Shown: positions 39,984 to 51,137, counted from the stretch's first letter. The stretch: DNA of 64,000 nucleotides from Deltaproteobacteria bacterium (GCA_016218805.1 JACRCW010000159.1:1-64000), one strand, 5' to 3'. Made by a program: numbers and translations. The notes: generated by a model not told the origin, from the sequence alone.

Positions 39984-40038
39984 TGAGGTGCGGACGCTAG
40001 CGCCCCCGTTCCGACGGGGCCAAGCGGTGTGGGGCGGC

Positions 40039-42237
40039 TCACGGGCGGTCCACCGCCGCGGGTTGGTCAGGCTCCGTTGGGGGATGGGCCACGTGCCAGG
40101 TGTACGCGGCGAAGGCGAGGGCGCCCGCCAGGCAGAGGAGGGCCAGCGCCCACGACGTCCAGGGCACCGGCGGGGTGCCCGCGGCCCCGCGGCCCGCGCC
40201 AGCAGCCACGGTCCCGGGAGGCAGCGGCGGAATGCGCGTGAACAGCGCGCCAATGCGCCGGGTCACCACCAGCGGCACGTTCACCGCCCAGCCGTTGGCC
40301 TCCAGCAGGATGCTCATGTCGCGCCGGCGCAGCTTGAGCCAGCCCAGGAATCCCGCAAAGCCCGCCACCACCGCCACCAGGCTGGCCACCGCGGCCACGG
40401 CACTGAGCGGATTGATGGATGACAGTGCGCTCACCGCGTACGCGAACGCGGAGCCCAGCGCGGCAAACGCGATGCTGCCGCCCAGCAGCAGGTCCCGCCC
40501 GTTGAACCCGCCCGGGGCGGCGGGCTTGACGTCGGGCGGCGGGGTGGCGGGAGGTGCCGGGGCCGGGGCCGGGAGACCCGGGAGCGCGGCGCCCGTGCTG
40601 AGCGCCCGCTTTTCCGCCGCGGCCAGCTGCGCGGCCGCCAGCTCATCAATCTTGCGGGACACCAACTGCGACGCGCGCCGGAACGGCGCCTTCATTGCCT
40701 CCAGGATGGAGATGGGGTTCTCCACCAGGTCCACCACGGTGGCGTCCCACTCGCGCCCGTCCAGGTCCACAAAGATGCCGCGTTTCCCCACCCGGATCCG
40801 GCCGCGTTCACCCGCCGTCACCGGCGCGGCGATCTCATAAGACGGCGCGGTGCCGTCCTTGTCCGAAATGGACGCGTAGACCAGGAACAGCAGGCTCTCC
40901 GCCGCCACCTTCTTGTGCGCGCTCCGGTCCTCCACCCGGACGCAGAACTCCAGGCGCCGGCCGTCAATGACCAGCGATCCCATCTCCAGCAGCGCGTGCC
41001 GCTCCGGGTCAAAGATGGCCGAGAAGTTCACAAAGTTGTTCACGAGGTCCAGCAGCCAGCGCTGGTGCAGCACCAGTCGTTCCAACTCGGACAGCTGTTC
41101 CACCTCGGGGGCGGCCGCCCGGTCCACGGCAATGAAGTGGCGCACCCGCCCCGGCAGCGGCCCGTCCAGCGCCGCGCGCAGCGCGCTCTCGGACAGCTTC
41201 TCAAACGGCTCCGCCGGCCGCTCACGTTGCCAGGCCTGGTATCCGTCAAACACGGCGCGTGCGCGGCGCCAGTCATCACGCGTGATGGAGGTGGTGTCCG
41301 CCCCCAGCGCGCGGGACAGCACCGCCGCCAGCTCCATCAGCCGCGCCCGGAACGCCGGGTTCACCCGGCCCGTCAGCGGCAGCCTCCCGTCGGCCTGGGG
41401 CGGCGCCAGCGGGCTCTCCGCCAGGTACCTCTCAATCGCCGCTCCACTCCCGGCGCGCAGCGCCTTGAGCTCGTCGGCGGACAGCCGGGACGCCGCGCCG
41501 TCCACGGACTCGGCGGCCAGCAGGTCACAGTGCAGGAAGTACTCCTCCACCCTGGCATCCAGCCCGCAGATGGCCGCGGCCGCCGCGGCCGTGCCTTCGC
41601 CCCAGGGGAGCAGCGCAGGCTCCGCCGCCGCCCGCGCCTTCCATGAAAGATACGCGGCCCCCCGCTCCAGGAACCGGTCCAGTTCCGCCGTCCCCACGCC
41701 GTCCTCGCCGCTGGCATCACGCGATCCCCCGACGACACCAAGCACGTCCTGCATGAACGCCGCCACCGGCGGCTCCGTGACGCATGCGGGCGGGACAATG
41801 CCGTCCCCGTTGGCCAGCGTCTTGGCGTAGGACGAGCGGAAGGCGCGGATGTCCGCCAGCGCCAGCCGCGTGCGGTCCGGTGCGTTGATCTCGCGCAACA
41901 GGTGCTCCGCCGCCGCGGCCAGGCGTTTTCCGTCGTCATTGCTGCGGTCCAGGTCCTCCAGCACCAGCACGTCTGTCCGGTCCGCCAGCCGCGCGTGCCG
42001 CGCCAGGCGGCGGAACAACCAGTCCCGGGCGCGGATGAGCTGCGCCACGCGGATGCGGCCCTTGCTGTCGGTGTCTACAAACGCAAGGAAGGCGGGATCA
42101 CAGTGCAGGTCACGCAGGGGTGCGCTGGTGGCGGCCCAGCGCGCGGCGTCCAGGCGGTCAATCACGCCCAGCTGATCCGCGTCATCCACAACGGCCTGCA
42201 GGCTGCCGCCCAGATTCCGGAAGGTCATGGGTGCCAT
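40039..42237 (-). CDS. Hypothetical membrane-anchored protein with EF-hand-like loop
   Basis: W.ATSAP, DTDSKGRIRV, NGDGIV; C-terminal TM helices; LRRRDMSILLEANGWAVN. Confidence 0.7.
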   Translation of the reverse strand: MAPMTFRNLGGSLQAVVDDADQLGVIDRLDAARWAATSAPLRDLHCDPAFLAFVDTDSKGRIRVAQLIRARDWLFRRLARHARLADRTDVLVLEDLDRSNDDGKRLAAAAEHLLREINAPDRTRLALADIRAFRSSYAKTLANGDGIVPPACVTEPPVAAFMQDVLGVVGGSRDASGEDGVGTAELDRFLERGAAYLSWKARAAAEPALLPWGEGTAAAAAAICGLDARVEEYFLHCDLLAAESVDGAASRLSADELKALRAGSGAAIERYLAESPLAPPQADGRLPLTGRVNPAFRARLMELAAVLSRALGADTTSITRDDWRRARAVFDGYQAWQRERPAEPFEKLSESALRAALDGPLPGRVRHFIAVDRAAAPEVEQLSELERLVLHQRWLLDLVNNFVNFSAIFDPERHALLEMGSLVIDGRRLEFCVRVEDRSAHKKVAAESLLFLVYASISDKDGTAPSYEIAAPVTAGERGRIRVGKRGIFVDLDGREWDATVVDLVENPISILEAMKAPFRRASQLVSRKIDELAAAQLAAAEKRALSTGAALPGLPAPAPAPPATPPPDVKPAAPGGFNGRDLLLGGSIAFAALGSAFAYAVSALSSINPLSAVAAVASLVAVVAGFAGFLGWLKLRRRDMSILLEANGWAVNVPLVVTRRIGALFTRIPPLPPGTVAAGAGRGAAGTPPVPWTSWALALLCLAGALAFAAYTWHVAHPPTEPDQPAAVDRP

Positions 42238-42253
42238 GGGTGCTCCATCGCCG

Positions 42254-43276
42254 TCACGCGGGGCGGGTGTCGTAGCCGTCCGGGTGCGCGGTCTGCCAGC
42301 GCAGCGCGTCCCGGCACATGTCGTCCAGCGTGTGCGTTGCCGTCCAGCCCCACAGCTGCCGGGCCAGCGAGGGGTCCGCCCAGCTTGCGGTGGCGTCGCC
42401 CGCGCGGCGCGGGGCGTTCCTCGTCGGGAGTGGCCGGCCCAGCACGCGTTCCATGGCGCTGATCACTTCGCGCACGGAGTGGCCGCGGCCGGTGCCCAGG
42501 TTCACCGCGCGCGCACCGCGCAGTGACGCCAGGCCCTGCACCGCCGCCACGTGGCCCCGCGCCACGTCCACCACGTGGATGTAGTCGCGGATCGCCGTGC
42601 CGTCGGGCGTGGGGTAGTCCGTGCCAAACACGGACAGCGCCTCCAGCCGTCCCACGGCCACCTTGGTGATGAAGGGCATGAGGTTGTTGGGGATGCCGCG
42701 CGGGTCTTCGCCCATCAGCCCGCTGGCGTGCGCGCCCACGGGGTTGAAGTAACGCAGCAGCGCCACCTGCCAGTCCGCGTTGGCCGCGCAGAAGTCACGC
42801 AGGATGTCCTCAATCATCAGCTTGGTGCGCCCGTAGGGGTTGACCGCGGACAGCGGCATGTCCTCCGTGAGCGGCACGCGCGTGGGGTTGCCGTACACCG
42901 TGGATGATGACGAGAACACCAGCCGCTGCACGCCGTGCCGGGCCATGGCTTCCAGCAGGTTGAGCGTGGTGCCCAGGTTGGTGCGGAAGTAGCGCAGCGG
43001 CTGGGCCACGCTTTCACCCACGGCTTTCAGCCCTGCAAAGTGGATGACCGCGTCAAAGCTGCGCCCAGCAAACACCGTCTCCAGGCGCGCTGCGTCCAGG
43101 ATGTCCAGCTGGTGCAGGTGCACAGGCCGCCCCGCCAGGCGCTCCACGCGGCGCAGGGCCTCCGGGCTGGAATTGGAGAAATCATCCACCACCACGACGT
43201 CATGCCCCGCGAGCAGGAGCTCCACGCAGGTGTGGCTGCCGATGTAGCCTGCGCCGCCGGTGACGAGGATGAGCAT
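42254..43276 (-). CDS. galE: UDP-glucose 4-epimerase
   Basis: GGAGYIGSHT, HFAGLKAVGES, YGRTK, LRYFNPVGAH. Confidence 0.95.
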   Translation of the reverse strand: MLILVTGGAGYIGSHTCVELLLAGHDVVVVDDFSNSSPEALRRVERLAGRPVHLHQLDILDAARLETVFAGRSFDAVIHFAGLKAVGESVAQPLRYFRTNLGTTLNLLEAMARHGVQRLVFSSSSTVYGNPTRVPLTEDMPLSAVNPYGRTKLMIEDILRDFCAANADWQVALLRYFNPVGAHASGLMGEDPRGIPNNLMPFITKVAVGRLEALSVFGTDYPTPDGTAIRDYIHVVDVARGHVAAVQGLASLRGARAVNLGTGRGHSVREVISAMERVLGRPLPTRNAPRRAGDATASWADPSLARQLWGWTATHTLDDMCRDALRWQTAHPDGYDTRPA

Positions 43277-43386
43277 GGCGCGGCTCTTACACCACGCACG
43301 CCCGGGGTGTCGCCACGACGGGTCAGCGCGCCAGACGACCCCGCGCGCCCCGCCGGTGCTATGAACACAGCCCGCTGGAGGCACCC

Positions 43387-44856
43387 GTGGACGTCATCCG
43401 GTTCACGCTCAATGGTCAGTCCGTGGAGGAGCGCGGCATCGCGCCCACCACGACGTTGCTCAACTACCTGCGCCACCGTGGCCTGACGGGCACCAAGGAA
43501 GGGTGCGCGGAAGGGGACTGTGGCGCGTGCACCGTGGCCCTGCTGGAGGAGGCTCCGGACGGCACCGGCCGCTGGCGCGCCGTCAACAGCTGCCTGGTGC
43601 TGCTGCCCATGCTGCAGGGGCGCGAAGTGGTCACCGTGGAGGGGATTGCCGACGGCGACCGTGCACACCCCGCGCAGACCGCCATGGTGCAGAACCTGGG
43701 CAGCCAGTGCGGGTACTGCACGCCCGGCGTGGTGATGAGCCTGTTTGAGGCGACCTACCGCTCCGACCTGGACGAAGCGTGGAAGCTGGACGACCAGATG
43801 TGCGGGAACCTGTGCCGCTGCACGGGCTACCGGCCCATTCGTGACGCGGCAAAGGCCGTGGCCGGGACGCGCCCGCGCGACCGGTTCCTGGAGCGCGCGG
43901 CCGTACGCGCCGGACAGGGGATGAAGCTGGCCTATGCGGCCGGGGTGCAGCGCTACTTCAACCCGGTCTCCGTCGGGGAACTGTGCGAGCTGCTGGACAC
44001 GCACCCGGAGGCGCGCATTGTTTCCGGCGGGACGGACCTGTGCCTGGAGGTGACCAAGAAGCGGCGCGAGCTGCCGCTGCTGATCTCCGTGGAGGGCGTG
44101 CCCGAACTGCGCCGCATGGAACGGCGGCCGGAGGCGCTGGTGCTGGGGGCGGCGGCCAGTTTGTCCGACGTGGAGGCGTTCACCCGCGAGAGCTGCCCGC
44201 CGCTGCACCGGATGCTGCGGTATTTCGCGTCCCGGCAGATCAAGAACCGCGGCACGCTGGGTGGGAACGTGTGCAACGCGTCCCCCATTGGGGACACACC
44301 GCCGGTGCTCCTGGCGCTGGGCGCGTCCGTGACGCTGCGCCGCAGCTCCGGTACGCGCACCGTCCCGCTGGACGCGTTCTTCCTGGACTACCGCAAGACC
44401 GCGCTGCAGGCGGGTGAGTTCCTGGAGAGCGTGACCATCCCGTCCATCCCGGCGGGTGCGCGTGCTGCGGCGTACAAGGTCTCGCGCCGGCGTGAGTTGG
44501 ACATCAGCGCAGTGGCGGCGGGGTTCTTCGTTGTCACGGATGATGCGGGACGCGTGACGGAGGCGCGGCTGGCGTACGGGGGCATGGCGGCCATCCCGCG
44601 GCGCGCGGCCGGCGCCGAAGCGGCGCTGCGCGGCCAGCCGTGGAACGAGGCCTCCGTTGAGAAAGCGGTGGCAGCGCTGGCGAAGGACTTCACGCCCATC
44701 AGCGATCTGCGCGCGTCCGCGTGGTACCGCGCCACCGTGGCGGGGAACCTGCTGCGCGGTTTCCACCTGGAGACGCGCGACCAGCATGTCCCGCACTTGC
44801 CGCAGCGGCCCAACGCCACGCTGCACCTGCAGCCCTCCCCGGGAGGCCAGTCATGA
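43387..44856 (+). CDS. xdhA: Xanthine dehydrogenase FeS/FAD subunit
   Basis: GTKEGCAEGDCGACT, QCGYCTPG, GNLCRCTGY, GGTDL, NASPIGD. Confidence 0.92.
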   Translation: MDVIRFTLNGQSVEERGIAPTTTLLNYLRHRGLTGTKEGCAEGDCGACTVALLEEAPDGTGRWRAVNSCLVLLPMLQGREVVTVEGIADGDRAHPAQTAMVQNLGSQCGYCTPGVVMSLFEATYRSDLDEAWKLDDQMCGNLCRCTGYRPIRDAAKAVAGTRPRDRFLERAAVRAGQGMKLAYAAGVQRYFNPVSVGELCELLDTHPEARIVSGGTDLCLEVTKKRRELPLLISVEGVPELRRMERRPEALVLGAAASLSDVEAFTRESCPPLHRMLRYFASRQIKNRGTLGGNVCNASPIGDTPPVLLALGASVTLRRSSGTRTVPLDAFFLDYRKTALQAGEFLESVTIPSIPAGARAAAYKVSRRRELDISAVAAGFFVVTDDAGRVTEARLAYGGMAAIPRRAAGAEAALRGQPWNEASVEKAVAALAKDFTPISDLRASAWYRATVAGNLLRGFHLETRDQHVPHLPQRPNATLHLQPSPGGQS

Positions 44857-47189
44857 GCCAGCCCACGCCCCTCCACCACCCGGCGCTCCATGAGAGCGGC
44901 CGCCTGCACGCCAACGGCGCGGCCCTCTACGTCGACGACATCCCGCCGCCCAAGGGGATGCTTGTTGGTCAGGTCATCCCCAGCCCGGTGGCGCGCGGGC
45001 GGATAGTGTCCATTGACGCCGCGGAGGCTGCGCAGGTCCCGGGCGTGTACGCCGTGCTGTTTGCGCGTGATGTGCCCGGGCACAACCAGGTGGGTCCCTC
45101 GTTTCCGGATGAGCCGCTGTTGGCGGAGGGTGAGGTGCACTGCGTGGGCCAGATTGTGGGCCTGGTGGTGGCGGAGGACCTGGCCGCGTGCAGGGCGGCC
45201 GCAGCCAAGGTGCGGGTGAAATACGAGGAACTCCCCGCGTTGTTGACGGTGGAACAGGCCGACGCGGCAGGCAGCTACATTGGGACGCCGCATTTCATGC
45301 AGCGCGGGGACCCGGACGTGGCGCTGGCAATTGCGGCGCTGCGGTTCAACGGTGTGGTGGAGACGCCGGGCCAGGACCACTTCTACCTGGAGACGCACTG
45401 CGCGCTGGCCATCCCCGGTGAGGACGGCACGTTCACCGTGCATTCCTCCACGCAGCATCCCTCTGAAGTGCAGGCCAAGGTGGCCGAAGTGCTGCACATG
45501 CCGCGCAGCCGCGTGGTGGTGTTGTCACCGCGCATGGGCGGCGGGTTTGGTGGCAAGGAGACGCAGGGCAACCACTACGCGGCGCTGGCCGCGCTGGGTG
45601 CGCTCAAGACGCGGCGCGCCGTGAAGGTCTGGCTGGACCGTGACGAGGACATGACCCAGACGGGCAAGCGCCACCCGTTCCGCATGACGTACGAGGCGGG
45701 GTTCTCGTCCGACGGGATGATCACGGCGCTGAAGGCGCGCCTGCTGGCCAATGGCGGCTGGGCGGCGGACCTCACCATTCCCATCCTGGACCGCTCGCTG
45801 TTCCACGCGGACAACGCGTACTTCCTGCCGCACGTGCGCCTGGAAGGCCGCGCGGTGCGCACCAACCTCCCGTCCAACACGGCGTTCCGCGGATTTGGCG
45901 GGCCGCAGGGGATGGTGCTCATTGAGGAGATCTTCAACCGCGCGGCGGAGCGGCTGGGCCTGGACCCCGCGGAACTGCGCCGGCGCAACTACTACGGGGA
46001 TGCCCCGCGCAACGTGACGCAGTACCACCAGGAGGTGAAGGACAACCGCCTGGCGCGCATCCACCAGGAGCTGATGGCGTCGTCAAACTATGTGGCCCGA
46101 CGCGCCGCCATTGAGAAGTTCAACGAACGTTCCCCGCACGTGAAACGCGGCATCGGGATGCAGCCGGTGAAGTTCGGCATTTCGTTCACCATGAGCATGC
46201 TGAACCAGGCCGGCGCGCTGGTGCTCATCTATTCCGACGGCAGCGTGCAGCTGAACCACGGCGGCACGGAGATGGGGCAGGGGCTGCACACCAAGATGCT
46301 GGTGGTGGCGGCGCATGAGCTGGGCCTGCCGCCCGAGCGCATCCGCGTGATGACCACCGCCACCGACAAAGTGCCCAACACGTCCGCCACGGCGGCCTCC
46401 TCCGGCGCGGATCTCAACGGCCAGGCGGTGCGGAACGCGTGTGCGGTCCTGCGGGACCGGTTGCGCCCGGTGGCGGCGCGGCTGCTGGGCCTTTCCGTGG
46501 AGGATGCGCACCGCGTGGTGTTCCTGGATGGCCACGCGTCCGTGCCCGGTGGGACGGAGCGCGTGCCCTGGGAGAAGGTGACCGAACGCGCGTACGTGGA
46601 GCAGGTGTCGCTGTCAGCCACGGGGTACTACCGGACGCCGGACATCAAGTACGACCGCGCGCAGGGACGCGGGAAGCCGTTCCATTACTTTGCGTATGGC
46701 GCCGCGGTGGTGGAGGTGGAGCTCAATGGGTTGACCGGCGAGCACCGCATGTTGCGCGCGGACATCCTCCACGACGTGGGCGACAGCCTCACGCCCACCA
46801 TTGACCGCGGGCAGGTGGAGGGCGCGTTTGTGCAGGGTGTGGGGTGGCTGACGTGCGAGGAGGTCATCTTTGACGCGAAGGGCCGCGTGCTCACGCACGG
46901 ACCGTCCACGTACAAGATCCCCGCGGTGGGCGAAGCGCCGGAGGACTTCCACGTGGCGCTGCTGGACCGCGCGCCGCAGGACGGTGTCATCCACGGGAGC
47001 AAGGCGGTGGGTGAGCCGCCGTTCATGCTGGGCATTGCCGTTGTCACCGCGCTGCGGCACGCGGTGGGCGCCTTTGGGCAGGTGGGCCGTGAGGTGGAGC
47101 TGGCGTTGCCGGCCAGCCCGGAAGCGCTGTTGCGCGCGGTTGAACGCGCGCGCAGCGCCGTGGCGCACGGCAAGGCGCGCGCCGGCTGA
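44853..47189 (+). CDS. xdhB: Xanthine dehydrogenase molybdopterin subunit
   Basis: QDHFYLE, RMGGGFGGKE, AFRGFGGPQG, GTEMGQG, SKAVGEPP. Confidence 0.93.
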   Translation: MSQPTPLHHPALHESGRLHANGAALYVDDIPPPKGMLVGQVIPSPVARGRIVSIDAAEAAQVPGVYAVLFARDVPGHNQVGPSFPDEPLLAEGEVHCVGQIVGLVVAEDLAACRAAAAKVRVKYEELPALLTVEQADAAGSYIGTPHFMQRGDPDVALAIAALRFNGVVETPGQDHFYLETHCALAIPGEDGTFTVHSSTQHPSEVQAKVAEVLHMPRSRVVVLSPRMGGGFGGKETQGNHYAALAALGALKTRRAVKVWLDRDEDMTQTGKRHPFRMTYEAGFSSDGMITALKARLLANGGWAADLTIPILDRSLFHADNAYFLPHVRLEGRAVRTNLPSNTAFRGFGGPQGMVLIEEIFNRAAERLGLDPAELRRRNYYGDAPRNVTQYHQEVKDNRLARIHQELMASSNYVARRAAIEKFNERSPHVKRGIGMQPVKFGISFTMSMLNQAGALVLIYSDGSVQLNHGGTEMGQGLHTKMLVVAAHELGLPPERIRVMTTATDKVPNTSATAASSGADLNGQAVRNACAVLRDRLRPVAARLLGLSVEDAHRVVFLDGHASVPGGTERVPWEKVTERAYVEQVSLSATGYYRTPDIKYDRAQGRGKPFHYFAYGAAVVEVELNGLTGEHRMLRADILHDVGDSLTPTIDRGQVEGAFVQGVGWLTCEEVIFDAKGRVLTHGPSTYKIPAVGEAPEDFHVALLDRAPQDGVIHGSKAVGEPPFMLGIAVVTALRHAVGAFGQVGREVELALPASPEALLRAVERARSAVAHGKARAG

Positions 47190-47193
47190 CGCG

Positions 47194-48840
47194 TCAGAAG
47201 ATGTAGTCGGTGTTGATGAAGCTGCTCTTGCGGTCGCGCAGCAGGTCACGCACCAGCGCGTGGTTGGACTCCCCGTCCGGCATGGCCACCATGGCGCGGA
47301 TGGAGAAGCAGCGCAGCGCGTCGGAGACGGAGAGCGTGGCCTCAGCGGAGTCCTTGCGCCCGGTGAACGGGTAGACGTCCGGGCCGCGCTGGCACTGCGC
47401 GTTGAGGTTCACGCGGCTCACCTGGTTCACCAGGAAATCCACCAGTGGGCCCAGCACCGGTGGATCGCGCCCGAACAGCGACACCTGCTGCCCATAGTTG
47501 CTGTCCGCCACGTCGTCCGTGAACGTCGCCACGTCGTCGTAAACGCACACCGGGACCACCGGTCCGAATTGCTCCACCGTGTACAGCTGCGCGGGCCGCA
47601 CCACCGGGTACACCACCGACGGGAAGTAGAACGTCCCCACCGTCTTGCCGCCGTGCGCGTTGGCCACGGATGCGCCGTGCTTCCTGGCATCATCAACGAG
47701 CTTCCCCATCCACGCCGGCTTGTCCAGCTCCGGCAGCGGCGTGAGGCGCACGCCCTTCTCCCACGGCATCCCAAATGGCAGCGCGTCCACCGCGTCTGAC
47801 AGCGCGCGCACAAACCGGTCCGCCAGCGAGCGGTGCACGTAGATGAGCTTCAGCCCCGTGCACCGCTGGCCGTTGAACGTGAGCGCGCCGTTGACCACCT
47901 CACGCACCGCCAGGTCCAGGTCCGCGTCCGGCAGCACCAGCGCGGGGTTCTTGGCGTCCAACCCCAGCACGCACCGCAGGCGATTGGGCAGCGGGTGCTG
48001 CTTCTTGAGGATGTTGGCCACGCGCGAACTGCCAATGAACGCCAGGACGTTCACCTTGCCGCTCTCCAGCAGCGGGCCCGCCACCACGGGCCCCTGTCCG
48101 TTGATGATGTTCACCACGCCGCGCGGGAAGTGCGCCGCGAACAGCGGCAGCAACGGCGCCTGGCACAGCGCCCCGAACCGCGGCAGCTTCACCACCACGG
48201 GGTTGCCCATGATGAGCGCGGGGATCAACGTCGTGAAGGTTTCATTCAGCGGATAGTTGAACGGTCCCATGCACAGGGTGACGCCCAGCGGCGCGCGGCG
48301 GATCTGCGCCAGCACACCGCCCTGGCGGGAGAAACGGGACGCGGTGCGCTCCACTTCCTTGAGCGCCTCCACGGTGTCGTCGACGTACTGGACGGTGCGG
48401 TCGAACTCCTTCTCGGAATCCGCGCGCGTCTTGCCAATCTCCCACATCAGCAGGCGCACGCACTCCTCGCGCACGCCCTGCATGGCGCGGGTGAATGCCT
48501 GCACGGCATGGATGCGGTCCTGCACGCGCATCGTCGGCCACTTGCCGCGGCCCTTGTCCCAGGCGCGGTCCGCCGCGGCCAGCGCCGCCAGCGCCTCGTC
48601 ACGCGTGAGCTGCGCGGCGGGGCCCAGCACGCGGCGGGCGGGGGCGCCGCCGTCCGCCCGCAGGCACACGGGGGAACTCACGTCCTCCACCGCGCCGCTC
48701 CACGTGCGGACTTCGCCGTCCACCAGGTACTGCCGCCCGCCCGCGTACGTCCCGCCGCCGGCGGGAAAGTCGTGCTCGGCGGGGATGCTGTCCCGGCGGG
48801 GGAACATCTCTGCAAGCCGTTGGTCCACGGATGTGGTCAT
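47194..48840 (-). CDS. gapN: Non-phosphorylating NADP-dependent glyceraldehyde-3-phosphate dehydrogenase
   Basis: ALDH fold: PFNYPLNE, FIGSS, FNGQRCT, EQFGP, PFTGRKDS. Confidence 0.82.
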   Translation of the reverse strand: MTTSVDQRLAEMFPRRDSIPAEHDFPAGGGTYAGGRQYLVDGEVRTWSGAVEDVSSPVCLRADGGAPARRVLGPAAQLTRDEALAALAAADRAWDKGRGKWPTMRVQDRIHAVQAFTRAMQGVREECVRLLMWEIGKTRADSEKEFDRTVQYVDDTVEALKEVERTASRFSRQGGVLAQIRRAPLGVTLCMGPFNYPLNETFTTLIPALIMGNPVVVKLPRFGALCQAPLLPLFAAHFPRGVVNIINGQGPVVAGPLLESGKVNVLAFIGSSRVANILKKQHPLPNRLRCVLGLDAKNPALVLPDADLDLAVREVVNGALTFNGQRCTGLKLIYVHRSLADRFVRALSDAVDALPFGMPWEKGVRLTPLPELDKPAWMGKLVDDARKHGASVANAHGGKTVGTFYFPSVVYPVVRPAQLYTVEQFGPVVPVCVYDDVATFTDDVADSNYGQQVSLFGRDPPVLGPLVDFLVNQVSRVNLNAQCQRGPDVYPFTGRKDSAEATLSVSDALRCFSIRAMVAMPDGESNHALVRDLLRDRKSSFINTDYIF

Positions 48841-48897
48841 GGGCGTCTCCTGGGTTGCGGGTGCTTTGGCGCGGCACCCTGCTGGCGCGCAAGTGCG

Positions 48898-51048
48898 TCA
48901 CGGCGGCGGGGTGAGGCCCACCTGGACCAGCGTGATGCCCGCCTGTTGGCCGGCCTGGGTCCGGCGCAACTCCACGTCGGCCACCACGCGGATCTCCGCG
49001 TTGGCGCAGGCCACGGTGTTCCCGCCCTGCCGGACCTGGCCACCGGAGGTGTGCCCCAGCGCCTGGGCGGACGCGAAGGGGAGCACGAGCCCCGGCGCGA
49101 GGCTGCCGACGAGGCCCTTGTTCTGTTGGAGCTGGGTGATGGAGAAGTCCACGGAGGTGGTGTCAATCACCAGCGGCGACGGCAGGCGCACGCGCTGGAG
49201 GGACGTCATCAGCTCCACGTCAGCGCACCCCAGGGTGTCTCCGCGTCCCCGGTCCACGCGCGCGCGGTCATGGCTGGCCGAGGGGAGGTTGGGCTCGATC
49301 ATGACGCTGCACGGTGGTGACGCCGTCGGGGCCTGGGACGTGTAGCGCCAGGACGCCAGCAGGAATGACGAGGACGCCACGTTGGAGAAGAAGAGCTCCG
49401 CCCGGACTTCGCCGGCCGGCAGCAGCAACTCCGCCCGGTCCACGGTGGCGCCGGTCAGCTCCACCACCTGGACGTGGTGCCGGCGGCCGCCACAGCCTGG
49501 CGCGTCCACGCGCACGGTGCCGCCGTCCTGCAGGGTGACCGTGGCAAAGTTGTCACTGTTGTAGGTGGTGCCGGCGCCGGTGGAGGAGAGCAGCAGGAAC
49601 GCGTTGGACGGGTTCACCGCGCGCGCCAACGGCGCGGTGACGGTGCCGCTGCTGCCGGAGCACTGGAGGTCCACCCGCTGGACGGTGGACATCCTGGCCA
49701 GCTCCAGCGTGTGCCACGTCAGCGTCCGCGCTGGGCCTGACACGGTGCGCTCGCAACTGATGGCGCCGGTGTCCACCAGGCGGCACAGGACCATCCCGTC
49801 GTTGGGCGCAAGTCCGTCGCTGGAGACCTGGGTGACCAGCACCGTCCGGTCCGCCCGGACCAGCGGCGGCACCACCGGGCAGGTCACGGAGGTGCTGGTG
49901 AGGGCGCACTCGCCGTGACGCACGGGTGGCACCACCACCACGCTGGCGGACAACGTGGTGCCCTCTGAGGTGGCCATGACCGGCCACGTGCCGGCCTGGC
50001 GGGACAGCGCGTGGACGGATGCCGTTCCGGAGGCGGCGGCGGGCGTCACGGTGACGCTGGCGGAGGGGTTGCTGCAGCCCGCTGCGGTGGAGACCCGGAC
50101 GCCCAGCGAACCGGTGACCTGAACCGGCGGGGTGCGGGTCTTGCCGACGAGGTTGCCGAACGCATCGCGCGGGGTGACGACGAGTTCCGTGCAGTCCCAC
50201 ACCGTCGTCGTCGGGGACAGCGGCGTGACCTCCACGGCGGTGACCGGCCCGGCCACGAAGTCCAACGTGAGCGTGCCGGTGGCGAGCGGTGGTGCGGTGG
50301 CCGTCAGGCTGGCGGATCCCGCCACGGGCTGGAAGAGGTAGAGCGACAGTGCAGTGGACCTTGCGGGAACCGTCACGCTGGACACGTCCGCGCCCGCGCA
50401 CGCCGAGGCGAGGTACCACTTGGCCTGCGGGCTGGACGCACCCAGGCCCACGACGAGGTCCGCGGCCGGCGCGAGCGGAGTCCCGCCGGGGCCGAGCACC
50501 TCCAGCCCGATGGGTCCCACACACCCCACCGTCAGCGGAGTTCCCGGCGGTGCCAGCAGCCGCAACGCGTCCGGGCCGGCGGTGCTGGAGGACGGGGCGG
50601 ATGAGGACGCCGCGGTGGCGGTGGAGGACCCGGCTGCGGCCACGGACGTTGCCCCCGGCGCTGACGAGTTGCCTCCCACGGAAGAGCCCGCGGAGGCGGA
50701 CGGCGTGCCTCCCGTGGTGGCCGCGCCGGTGCTGCCGGCGGAGGACGCGGAGGACGGGGACGCGGCGCTGGTGACCGTGTCCGCCGACGAGGAATCCGGG
50801 GTGGCGGAGGTGCTGCTGCTCACCACGCCGCCGCTGGATGACGACGAGGCCCGCGCGGCGCACACGCCGTCCACGCAGGCGTGCGAGGCCGGGCAATCCT
50901 GGGACGAGTTGCACGCTGTCAGGCACTGTCCGTCCCGCTCCACCTGGTCCGCACCGCAGGGGCTCCGCGGGCAGGCGGCCAGTGCCACCACGCAGGTGAT
51001 CACCGTCAGGGCTCCCCCGACGGCGCGCGGGGCCGCGGGCCGTGTCAT
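48898..51048 (-). CDS. Large hypothetical lipoprotein (Cys-rich module, Ser/Thr linker, beta-rich domains)
   Basis: LAAC lipobox, C..SQDC..C.DG.C, poly-Ser linker. Confidence 0.65.
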   Translation of the reverse strand: MTRPAAPRAVGGALTVITCVVALAACPRSPCGADQVERDGQCLTACNSSQDCPASHACVDGVCAARASSSSSGGVVSSSTSATPDSSSADTVTSAASPSSASSAGSTGAATTGGTPSASAGSSVGGNSSAPGATSVAAAGSSTATAASSSAPSSSTAGPDALRLLAPPGTPLTVGCVGPIGLEVLGPGGTPLAPAADLVVGLGASSPQAKWYLASACAGADVSSVTVPARSTALSLYLFQPVAGSASLTATAPPLATGTLTLDFVAGPVTAVEVTPLSPTTTVWDCTELVVTPRDAFGNLVGKTRTPPVQVTGSLGVRVSTAAGCSNPSASVTVTPAAASGTASVHALSRQAGTWPVMATSEGTTLSASVVVVPPVRHGECALTSTSVTCPVVPPLVRADRTVLVTQVSSDGLAPNDGMVLCRLVDTGAISCERTVSGPARTLTWHTLELARMSTVQRVDLQCSGSSGTVTAPLARAVNPSNAFLLLSSTGAGTTYNSDNFATVTLQDGGTVRVDAPGCGGRRHHVQVVELTGATVDRAELLLPAGEVRAELFFSNVASSSFLLASWRYTSQAPTASPPCSVMIEPNLPSASHDRARVDRGRGDTLGCADVELMTSLQRVRLPSPLVIDTTSVDFSITQLQQNKGLVGSLAPGLVLPFASAQALGHTSGGQVRQGGNTVACANAEIRVVADVELRRTQAGQQAGITLVQVGLTPPP

Positions 51049-51137
51049 GCACCGGAGCATGCCACCGCGGCCGCGCACCGTCACGACCCCACACGCGCGC
51101 TTGCCTTTCCACGTGCGCCGGGTACATGCAGGACGTC

